The notes below the pieces were generated by a model. It did no database searches. It was not told the DNA's origin and saw only the letters and a program-made list of their open reading frames with translations. Below are positions 26,927-37,351 of a stretch of DNA of 64,000 nucleotides, in pieces. Origin of the DNA: Raja brachyura (taxonomy: Eukaryota). A program made the translations under genes and the position numbers. The stretch lies in contig CAUPSL010000303.1 of NCBI GenBank assembly GCA_963514005.1, positions 248,001 to 312,000 on the forward strand, given 5' to 3'. The stretch's first letter is position 1, and each line of letters starts with the position of its first letter.

Positions 26927-28400
26927 AGCTCCTGTCCCACTTGGGTGACCTCTACCGCGACCCATAGTCCCGGCAAGGTCACCACGAGGTCGTAGGAGGT
27001 CTTCGTCACTCTCCTTCATGGTCGAGAGTGGTCTCCGCGTAGTCCAGGGTTCAGCTAGGCCGTGGCCTATTTTTCAAAATGTTAAAAGTTGATCGCGACT
27101 AAAAATAGGTCGCCGTGGGAAAAATCTATTTTTTTAGTTGTTGGTCTAGTCGAAGCCGGTCGTAGTTAGCCATGATGCTAGTCGTAGGTAGTCAAAGATA
27201 ATAGAAACAAAGAAACATAGAAAATAGGTGCAGGAGGTGGCCATTCGGCCCTTTGAGGCAGCACCGCCATTCATTGTGATCATGGCTGATCAATAACCCG
27301 TGCCTGCCTTCTCCCCATATCCCTTGACTCCACTCGCCGCTAGAGCTCTATCTAACTCTCTCTTAAATCCATCCAGTGACTTGGCCTCCACTGCCCTCTG
27401 TGGCAGGGAATTCCATAAATTCACAACACTCTTGGTGAAAATGTTTTTTTCTCATCACAGTCTTAAATTCCCTTCCCTGCATTCTAAGAGTGTGGCCCCT
27501 GGTTCTGGACTCGCCCAACATTGGGAACATTTTTCGTGCATCAAGCTTGTCCAGTCCTTTTAGAATTTTGTAATAGCTCTGGGGTGAAAGAAAGTTCAGT
27601 GGAAAAAAACGGTAATTTAAACAGCAGAACGTCACCTCTTTCACACCAAGGCATGTTCATTCATAGCTGGAGAGTTTTTTGCAGAGGAGACTTGTGTTTT
27701 AGAGATGGCACCAAAATGACAGCATCGCAGGAGGAGGGCACAACCCTCAAAAAATCCTGCCATACAGGTGTTGCCCACCCAGGAGGAGGAGTGGCAGGAG
27801 GTGCTGCCACAGGAGGAGATAGTGCAGGAGGAGGTAGCCCTGCATGAGAGACCCCTGCGGGGGAAGGCCAGGGTGGTAATATATGTCCCCACCATCACCC
27901 CATCCTTCACTGCCTCATTTGAATGCAGCAAAGCAGCCCTTTCTCCTGTGTCTGACACAGCATCAGTTGCAGATGCCCCATTGGTGGTGAGGGAGGGCTG
28001 GAGGAAGGTTATGCCCTACACCTTCACCAGGCAGCAGGAGGGGAACCTTGAGGAATGGTTCCAGCAGAATGCCATCCTGTACGAAAAGGAAAATGAGGGG
28101 TACAGGGACAGGGACAAGAATGGCATGCTGGCCATCCACTGCCCCTGATGTGTACTTAAAGTTCCATATTTTGTCAAAGCCCAGCGCCACTCTCTTCCAG
28201 TCATCTGGTGTACTGGGACAGTCCATCACATCATCTCCATTCACCCATTGAGACCACTTCTTGTGCTTCCTCTTCACTATTGCTCTTCCCCTTCTGCCTT
28301 TCTTAAAAGGCTGCTGAAGCAAAAGGGCTACTGCAAACAACAGCAGTTGTATTTTTAGTAACATCATCCAAACTTGTTCCTTCCTTGCTTGCATGGTTCA
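26927..28400. mobile_element. internally deleted Harbinger transposon with remnants of both genes (right end not resolved)
   Basis: Left end TAA-AGCTCCTGTCCCACTT. Plus strand ~28015-28120 encodes a MADF/Myb-like remnant (FTRQQEGNLEEWFQQNAILYEKENEGYRDRDK). Minus strand ~28125-28225 encodes a transposase remnant (PSTPDDWKRVALGFDKIWNFKYTSGAVDGQH). A CR1 fragment is nested at ~27200-27570. Confidence 0.75.
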
Positions 28401-29204
28401 GAATGATTTTTTAAAAAAAACAACCTGGAAGGCATTTTTTAGTGAGGAAAAATATGCAGACATGACGTCATTTTATCAGGTGATCATTTGAGCTGTAGAC
28501 ACTCGTCACTGGTCGTTGTTGGTTTTCAGTGTGGTTCTCTGAGGTGGAAGGGGGTCGTGCTCATTCACGGACCAATTTGCCAGCGACCATCCTCGAGTAA
28601 GAATACGAAGGAAAGGTAGTGCAGTTACACAGCACTGGATATCTTTATGCAATGCAAGCTCGAGTGTACTCGGGTCATGGCCAATAGTACAAATAAACTT
28701 GGCAATGAACAGCTTAATGGTCTGCATATATTGGAGAAAGCCTTCAATGCCCATGAGGGGTGAGCCTTATTATATCCATGTTTCTCTAAAAATAGGAAGC
28801 ACTTTTGTGGTGAAAGGGGCAGCTCGGAGCTTCAAAGGATCTAACCTTATGTGCAGCTTTACATTTGTTTATAGGCAAAAAGCAAAAAAAAAAACACAAT
28901 ATAAGATTAATACATGATCATAATTATAAACAAAGCCAAGAGATTGTGCTGCACGGTGGCACAGTGGTAGAGTTGCTGCCGTACAGCACTTGCAACGCCA
29001 CAAACGTGGGTTTGATTCTGGCTATGAGTGGTCTCTGTACGGAGTTTGTACGTTCTTGTTGATTCACGTTTTTCTCTCACATCGGTTGTTTCGACAATAA
29101 TCGACCAGGCACCGGGGTCACTTTAAACGTACGTTTATTGAGCAGGAGTCTCCACACAGGTTAACAACCTAGCAAAGAGTCACGCTCTCTGCCCTTAATT
29201 GCAA

Positions 29205-29894
29205 TAGAAACATAGAAACATAGAAAATAGGTGCAGGAGTAGGCCATTCGGCCCTTCAAGCCTGCACCGCCATTCAATGTGATCATGGCTGATCATCCAA
29301 CTCAGTATCCCGTACCTGCCTTCTCTCCATACACCCTGATTCCAGAACAAGGGGTCACAGTCTAAGGATAAGGGGGAATTCCTTTAGGACCGAAATGAGG
29401 AAAACATTCTTTACACAGAGAGTGGTGAGTCTCTGGAATTCTCTGCCACAGAAGGTAGTTGAGGCCAGTTCATTGGCTATATTTAAGAGGGCATTAGATG
29501 TGGCACTTGTGGCAAAAGGGATCAGGGGGTATGGAGAGAAGGCAGGTACGGGATACTGAGTTGGATGATCAGCCATGATCACATTGAATGGCGGTGCAGG
29601 CTCGAAGGGCCGAATGGCCTACTCCTGCACCTATTTTCTATGTTTCTATGTTTCTATGATCCCTTTAGCCACACGTGCCACATCTAACGCCCTCTTAAAT
29701 ATAGCCAATGAACTGGCCTCAACTACCTTCTGTGGCAGAGAATTCCAGAGACTCACCACTCTCTGTGTAAAGAATGTTTTCCTCATTTCGGTCCTAAAGG
29801 AATTCCCCCTTATCCTTAGACTGTGACCCCTTGTTCTGGACTCCCCCAACATCGGGAACAATCTTCCAGCATCTAGCTTGTCCAACCCCTTAAG
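29205..29894 (-). mobile_element. CR1 3' fragment (-) containing a nested CR1 3' fragment (+, 29341-29658)
   Basis: The minus copy breaks at CCCTGAT (29340) and resumes at TGATCCCTTTAG (~29657). The intervening sequence is the same 3' end in + orientation with its own octamer tail. Confidence 0.92.
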
Positions 29895-30245
29895 ACTTGG
29901 GCTTGTCCAACCCCAATGCTTTATATATGTTAATGCCACCGTTTAGCCCCTCCCACATTACCCAATTAACCAACAGACCTGTACACAATGGTCATGATAA
30001 CAGGCACGTACACAATGGGAGATGTTAATTAGTGGAACAACACTAGAGCTAAGACAGGGACATTTCTCAGACTTTCGGGAGCCAGTGGTTTGCATATTCT
30101 TCAGCCTTCTGAAAATCAGCCACCTCAATCAGACGGGTGCGAGGAATATCAAAGTAGCGATCAGCAGATCAGCATCAGCAGGATAATGTGTATTTCTCAG
30201 GATCACAACTTTCTGAAACCTGCAGCCACATAGTCAGCAACTTTG

Positions 30246-30435
30246 TGTTAAAGAAGGAACTGCAGATGCTGGAGAATCGAGGGTTACACAAAAAGCTGGA
30301 GAAACTCAGCGGGTGCAGCAGCATCTAAGTAGCGAAGGAGATAGGCGACGTTTCGGGTCGAAAACCCGAAACGTCGCCTATCTCCTTCGCTCCTTAGATG
30401 CTGCTGCACCCGCTGAGTTTCTCCAGCTTTTTGTG
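30246..30435. mobile_element. palindromic PLE-derived element with 15-bp target-site duplication
   Basis: 74-bp arms (30285-30358 and 30364-30437, 1 mismatch), flanked by TAGTCAGCAACTTTG at 30231-30245 and 30436-30450. Confidence 0.9.
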
Positions 30436-33400
30436 TAGTCAGCAACTTTGGTCAGCAGACATTTTAAGTTTCAACCCAGTTCGCCTGACCTCCATTTTCC
30501 CTTCACAGAACCATTTTACAGTGTTGATTCAAGATTTACATTCACATTCTCACCGTGATCTGTGTGGGTTTTCCCCGCTATCTTCAGTTTCCACACACGC
30601 TCCAAAGGCGTACAGGTTTGTAGGTTAGTTGGCTCGGTATAAATGTAAATAGTCCCCAGTGCGTGTAGGATATTGTTAATGTGTTGGGATCACTGGTTGG
30701 TGCAGACTCCGTGGGCTGAAGGGCCTGTTTCTGCACTGTATCTCTAAACTAAACTAAATCAAACTTGCACTAAGGAGGTTCCCAAAGAGTTCAGCCATCC
30801 AATAACTCAGCCTAATAAGGTGGAACGAGGAACTGCTTGGTCTACTGAAAATGTATAGAGGTTTGGAGAGAGTTGCCATAATCACTGATGGAAACATTTC
30901 AGCGCACAATACTAATGACAACAGGGTAGCGTGGTGGCACAGCGGTGGAGCTGCTGCTTCACAGCTCCAGAAACCTGGGTTCGATCCTGACTCCGGGTGC
31001 TGTCAGTACGGAGCTTGTACATTTTCCCTGTGAATGTGAGGGTTTTCTCTGGGTGCTCCATTTTCCTCCAACACTCCAAAGACACACATGTTTGTAGGTT
31101 AATTGGCTTCGGTAAAAATTGTAGATTGTACCTCGTATGTAGGATTGTGCTGATGTACAGAGATTGCTGGTCAATGTGGGTACAGTGGGCTGAAGGGCCT
31201 GTTTTCATGCTTTATCTCTAACCTATACGAAATAATTGTCAATGTAACAAATATGAGCTTATTTCACACCTGGGGCATAGATCCAGGGTTTCTTTCCTTT
31301 CATCTTAATTCCAGGTTCTCTGATAGGAAGAGCCATCCATAAGATAGGATCAGGTTGGGATTCTGCAGTGGTGTTTCTGCCACAGGCATAATTCTTCCAA
31401 CTTTTGTAAACATATTGCTGCCTCAAAGTGCCATAGACCAAGGTACAAGCCTGCTGTCTGTATGGAGGTTGTACTTTTCCCCCGTGACCGCATGAGGTTT
31501 CTCAGAGATCTTGGTTTCCTCCCACACTTGAAAGACATACGGGTTTGTAGGCTAATTGGCTTTATATAAATATAAATTGTCCCTAGTGTGTGTGGGATAA
31601 TGTTAATGTGCGGGTATCACTGGTCAGTGCGGACTGGCTGGGCTGAAGTGCCTGTTTCCATGCTTCCATTGTCCATGTCATGCTCCTCGTCCTTCCATTT
31701 TCCTCTTTGGGAAGCGGGAGCAAAGTAGAAGGGGTAACACAGCTCCCTCTCACTATGTGGAGATGCTACCAGACCCTTGGTCCGGTACCCGGACGTGGCA
31801 CTGACGGACGAGAAGCTGAAGCAAAGACGTCGAAGCCAAAGAACCAAATAGAAATGAGGCCGAAACGCCAATAAACCGAATGAAGACGAAGACGAAACCC
31901 CTACTAACCGAAAGGATGGGACGCCTAAACACAAAGTAACCAAAAGGGTGGGACGCCTAAAAGCCAACGAGCCGAAAAGCTGCATCGCCAAAAGCAAACT
32001 TACCGAATGGCTGCTCTGTCGAAACACCACCTATCCGAAAGTCGGCATCACCTCCAAGCTAAAGGACCGACTACCGCTCAACAGATCAGTCCAATAACGG
32101 TCTTGACGTTGCCCGGGGCGGGACTTGTCAGCGATTGGTCCAGACCCCCGCGTCCATCACATCACTGTGAACGGATGAACATTGTCCCACATCTCGGCTC
32201 CATCCGACCCGCAGCCCGCAGAGGGTGGTCGTGGGAGAGTGGGGGCTGAACCGAGGGGTGCGCACCTTCGGCCGCTTTCAACTTGGTGCTTGGGTTCGGA
32301 TTACCCAGTCACCTATGGCTTGTGTGGGGAAAATGAACCCCACGCTCCCGTCTCCCCTCTTCTCTCTCTCCCCCTTCTCTCTCCCCCCTCTGTCTTCCCC
32401 CTCTCTCTCACCTGGTCTTGGATCAAAAACTTGTACTGAAGTCCCCACATTCTGTCCACACCTTGTTAATCTGTTGCTGCCACGTTTTTATTTCACTATT
32501 GGCCATGACCCGAGTATACCCGGGGGTGGCACTGAACAGATTAATCAGGAACAGTTTCCTAGGAAACGGCAAGCAGATGGACCTAAAGATCGTAGCCTGT
32601 GTATTATCCAGAGATGATGCCTGACCTGCTGAGTTACCCCAACACTTTGTGTCTTTCTTAATTTTAGGAAGGAACTGCGGATGCTGATTGAAACCGAAGA
32701 TTAACACAAAAAGCTGGAGTCACTCAGTGGGTCAGGCAGCAAGTCTGGAGAAAGGGAATAGATGATGTTTCTGGTTGAGACCTCCTTCACACCTGCCACC
32801 AAAATGTCACATTCCTTTTCACCTGAGATGCTGAGTGACTCCAGCTTCTGGTGTCTATCTTGTGTCCTTCTTAAATTGTGTTGACTTCATGCATGTGGCA
32901 ATCAGGTGGTTTATATTATTGGCGGAAAATCCCATTGAAAGTAGGAAGTATTCTGCATTATAAGCACAGGTGGAATGGATATGCACATGTTACAATGTCC
33001 TGGTACATTGTCCTGTTACCGTGACTCCCATGACTTATGTATGAGTTATTTAATCACCAGTTCCAGTGTGAGGAAGGATGAGAATGGCAAAGGAATGGAA
33101 GCTTGCATAACCAAAAAGGTGATAAACTTAACTAGAAAGAAAGAAAAAGAAAGTGCATGTAAGGATCAGGAGGATGGAATCAGGCAGGAGCTATGAGGAA
33201 TGTAAAGAAAGGAGGGAATAACTCGAGTGGGTGAGTAGAGGGTGGCACAGTGGCACAGCTGGAGAGTTGCTGCCTTGCAGCACCTGCAGCGTTGGAGACC
33301 CGCCTTTGATCCTGACTACGGGTGCTGCCTGTAAGGAGCTTGTACGCTCTCCCCATGACTACGTGGGTTTTCTCCGAGATCTTCGGTTTCCTCCCACACT

Positions 33401-33789
33401 CTAAAGACGTACAGGTATGTAGGTAAATCGGCTTAGAATAAATGTAAATTGTCCCTAGTGTGGGCTGAAGGGCCTGTTTCTGCGCTGTATCTCTAAAGCT
33501 TAAAACTAAAGGGGCCCATAGAGGCCACAAAGTGGCTTTGGTGAGTCGGATTACAGAAAATCCCACATCTTTTTCAAGGTTTCAAGGTCAGTTTATTGTC
33601 ACATGTACCAATTAAGGTTCAATGAAATTCAGATTACGATATAGTCACACTTAAAAAAAAAGCAAAGGCCGCCAACACCTCGATGTTAGGCCCCAGTGTG
33701 GCCGGAGATACGATACCAAAAAAAAATCGCTTCTACATCGAGGTAAGAGATTAGAAAAAGTTTCCTCCATCTCCCAACCCCCACACTAA

Positions 33790-34111
33790 TGGGCCTGTCC
33801 CACTTAGGCGATTTTTCAGGCAACTGCAGGTGACTAGTTTATTTCCACATGCTCGCCGGTGGTCGTCGGGGGTAGTCTCAGTCACGGAAAACGTTGTAGT
33901 GTCTTTCTGCTCACCACTAAATTTTGAACGTTGAAAATTTTACAGTGACAGTGGGTTTGACTTCATTGAGCAGAGCTTAACTTCTCCTGACATAGGTGCT
34001 GTCGTAGGTTGTCGCCAGGATGACGTAGGTTGTTACTGGTTTTTCGTTGACCTGCTACAACTATGACAGTTGCCGGCAGTTGCCTAAAAAATCACCAGTC
34101 GGACAGGCCCA
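33790..34111. mobile_element. Harbinger-type MITE
   Basis: TIRs TGGGCCTGTCCCACT / AGTCGGACAGGCCCA plus subterminal inverted sequence; flanks TAA/TGA. Confidence 0.75.
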
Positions 34112-34348
34112 TGAAGAACATACATTCAATACATACAAAACCGACACAAAGAAGGAAGGGACAGGCAGAGTTTTGGCGAGGCAGCCATTGCACCAAAACA
34201 CGAGGGAGAAGGTGGGATTGCTTAAAGATGTAGCAGCGAATATGTGCTTGGTGTTTGTGGACGGAGGCGAGGTACGAAACAAATACTTTGCATTTGGTTT
34301 CACCAAGAAAGACATGGAGAAAAGTAAGGACTTTTAATAGTAAGTACA

Positions 34349-35143
34349 GCATGTAATCCTCCAACATTTTCACCACCTGCAACAGGATCCGACTACTGGC
34401 CACATCTTCCCATCTCCACCACTTTCTGCTTTCCGCAGAGATCGTTCCCTCCGAAACTCCCTGGTCAACTCGTCCCTTCGCACCCGAACGACCCACTCCC
34501 CCGATACTTTCTCCTGCATCCGCAGGAAATGCAACACCCGTTCCTTTACCTCCCCCCTCGACTACATCCATGAACCCAAAGTCTTTCCAGGTGAGGCAGA
34601 GGTTCACTTGCTCCTCCCCCAACCTCATCTACTGTATCTGCTGTTTCAGTTGTCAACTTCTCTACATCAGCGAGACCAAGCGCAGGCTCGGCGAACGTTT
34701 TGCTGAACACCTCCGCTCAGTCCGTCTTATCCTACCTGATCTCCCAGTGGCTCAGCACTTCAACTCCCCCTCCCATTCCCAATCTGACCTTTCTGTCCTG
34801 GGCCTCCTCGATTGTCAGAGTGAGGCCCAGCACAAATTGGAGGAACAGCACCTCGTATTTCGCTTGGGCAGTCTGCACTTCAGCGTTATGAACATTGACT
34901 TCTATAACTTTCGATAGCCCTCCATTTATCTCTCCATCCCCTCCCCCTTTGCAATTCTCCCACCAGTCTTACTGTCACCGCCTACATTCTATCTTTGTCC
35001 CTCCCCTGACATCAGTCTGAAGAAGGGTCTCGACCCAAAATAACGCCCATTCCTTCTCTCCAGAGAAGCTGCCTGACCTGCTGAGTTACTTCAGCATTTA
35101 GTGTCTACCTTCGATTTTAACATCTGCAGTTCTTTCTTACACA
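34349..35143 (+). mobile_element. Penelope-like element 3' fragment (second copy)
   Basis: Encodes FQVRQRFTCSSPNLIYCICC...LYISETKRRLGERFAEH; colinear with 1170-1965. Confidence 0.87.
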
Positions 35144-35261
35144 TGGAGAATCAATGTGGAGAATGTTAACATGCAGGGGCACTTTGAAGTTAAGTAAGAA
35201 GGAGATGTTGGGTCACTTGAAGAGAAATGTGGATAAATCCCCAGGATAGAGCGGTGTAGTG

Positions 35262-35725
35262 GATGATAATAATAATAATACTAATCGTTGATAACATTAG
35301 TGCCATGCTGGTTTCTGACGGGCACGATGACAGACACAACACACATCTCTGTCCTCCATTCAGCTGGCAAGCTGCTCTTTTGTCTCTGCAGATGGGTCTT
35401 CCATAAACATCTTCAGCATCGTCTTGATTGGTCGTCCCGGGTCGAGTCTTCCATGGGTTGGTTCCCACAGCACAACTTTGTTTGCTGGCATTTCTGGGTG
35501 GCGGTGGCAGTGACCTGCGAGCCTCATCCTTCTCAACGTGATCTTCTCGGCCAGAGGTGGAGTCTCCCCATGGAGCTGAGCATTGGTGATGTGGTTTTGA
35601 ACTATTCTGAGCATTCGGGTGTAGGTACCATCGAGAGACTTGGACAGTGCTGGAGTGAGAGTCCATGCCTCACACCCGTACAATAGTATGGTCTCTACAG
35701 TTGCACGGAAGGCCAAATATTCAGG
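35262..35725 (-). mobile_element. RTE-clade LINE 3' fragment
   Basis: Encodes FRATVETILLYGCEAWTLT...RRMRLAGHCHRH...GRP, an RTE C-terminal signature, with an (ATT)n tail. Confidence 0.8.
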
Positions 35726-35855
35726 GTGTAGTTCAGTGACAAGTAGAGTTCTGCAAGGGTCTGTGCTGTGACCCTTGCTACTTGTGACATTTATAAATGA
35801 CTTGGACCCTGGTGTCATAACAATTAATCAAATAATGATTTTGTCTTTCTTTCAG

Positions 35856-36131
35856 ATTATCACTATATTCAAGGACAGTTTGGTTGTGAGGTGAACGATC
35901 ACAGTCCCAATGGAGGGATATTGAAGTTGGCTTATGATGGAAGATATGCATTTAGTTTTGATAAGAACACACTAAAGTGGACAGTGCATGATCCAGCAGC
36001 TGAGCCCTTCAAAGAGAAATGGGACAAGAATGTAAAAATGAACCGTTATTTCAAGAGCTTGTTAGAAAATGACTGTGTGGAACGATGACATACATACTAT
36101 GCAATTGGAAAGACATACCTGACCAGGGAAG
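35856..36131 (+). CDS. MHC class I-like alpha2 exon (276 bp) with in-frame TGA at 36086-36088
   Basis: Acceptor ttgtctttctttcag, donor GTGAGT. Encodes DYHYIQGQFGCEV...AYDGRYAFSFDKNTLKW...KEKWD...LENDCVER*HTYYAIGKTYLTRE. Both disulfide cysteines and AYDG are present. Confidence 0.93.
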
Positions 36132-36449
36132 GTGAGTTCAGAACAAAGGATGTTGTTTTTTGATGGTGGGCGATGAGTAATATTTCACTCTGAGGCAATG
36201 AGTAATATTATCTCTGACCCAATCATGACAGAGGGAAAGGTAATTCGGCCCATTTAGTCTATGCTAGTTTTCAATGCAATGTCGACTAACTGCTCAACAG
36301 CTCTCTCTCACAACTTGCACTCAGCTCCCTCGGATTCTCCATTCATTCAGCTCCACTTCAGATAATTTGCAATGTCCAACTAACTTACCGGCACGTCCTT
36401 GGTACATGGGACAAAACTGGAGCACATGGAGGAAGCCAACTGATGCATA

Positions 36450-36925
36450 AGGTCATAAGTGATGGGTGCAGCATTAGAACATTCGGCCCATCAAGTCTAC
36501 TCCGCCATTCAATCATGGCTGATCTATCTCTCCCTCCTAACCCCATTCTCCTGCCTTCTCCCCATAACCCCTAGCATGCATAATAATCAAGAATCCATCT
36601 ATGCCTTAAAAAATATCCATTGACGGATTCCAAAGCCTTCTGTGGCAAATAATTCTACAGAATCACCACCCTCTGACAAAATAAATTCCACCTCATCTCT
36701 TTCCTAAAGGAATGTCCTTTAATATTGAGACAATGACCTCTAGTCGTAGACTCTCCCACCAGTGGAGACATTCTCTCCACATCCACTCTATCCAACCCTT
36801 TCACTGTTTGATATGATTCAATGAGGTCCCCCCTTATTCTTCTAAATTCCAGCGAGTACAGGTTCTCTGCCATCAAATGCTCATCATATGTTAACCCATT
36901 CATTCCTGGGTTCATTCTTGTACAC
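36450..36925 (-). mobile_element. CR1 3' fragment in MHC intron 3
   Basis: Encodes LYSLEFRRIRGDLIE...TRGH and a CR1 3' UTR. Confidence 0.8.
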
Positions 36926-37084
36926 CTCTTTTAAACCACGTGGTTGGTTGATGGTGACGAAAGAGGTAAAATGGGGCAGATGTGGACAGTAACTTGGTTG
37001 TTGTAGTAGACTGAAGAATATTTTGTGGTGGGTGACTGTGCAAGTTTTACTGAAGGTGAAAATAACCAACTTACTGTCTTGTAG

Positions 37085-37351
37085 TTTCCCCTGAAGTCAC
37101 TCTCACTGCCCGCCCTGATGATCATTCAGTCCTGTACTGCACTGTGTTTGGATTTTATCCACCGGCCATCAATGTCAGCTGGTTGCAGAATGGTCAACAT
37201 GTCTCTGAGACCAAATCTTCTGAGGTCATACCCAACAACGATGGAACATATCATCTAAAGTCTGTCCTTGAGTATGATCCGTATGATGGGAAACAGTATT
37301 CCTGTCATGTCGATCACAGCAGCCTGCCCGGTGGGAAGACCATCATCTGGG
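37085..37351 (+). CDS. MHC class I-like alpha3 exon (Ig C1-set, 267 bp)
   Basis: Acceptor tactgtcttgtag, donor GTAAGA. Encodes VSPEVTL...LYCTVFGFYPPAINVSW...PNNDGTY...YSCHVDHSSL...W, a C1-set signature. Confidence 0.95.

Larger units (their letters stand above)
29057..30546. mobile_element. probable solo LTR (TG...CA, 4-bp TSD TTCT) inserted in a SINE, with nested CR1 and PLE insertions
   Basis: The SINE breaks at GTACG-TTCT (29053-29056) and resumes at TTCT-CACCGTGA (30547-30550). The insert starts TGTTGA and ends TTCACA. AATAAA is present on the - strand near 29135. Confidence 0.7.

Noticed and set aside
36086-36088. TGA as selenocysteine
   Set aside because: The position aligns to Leu, not Cys, and no SECIS element was identified.
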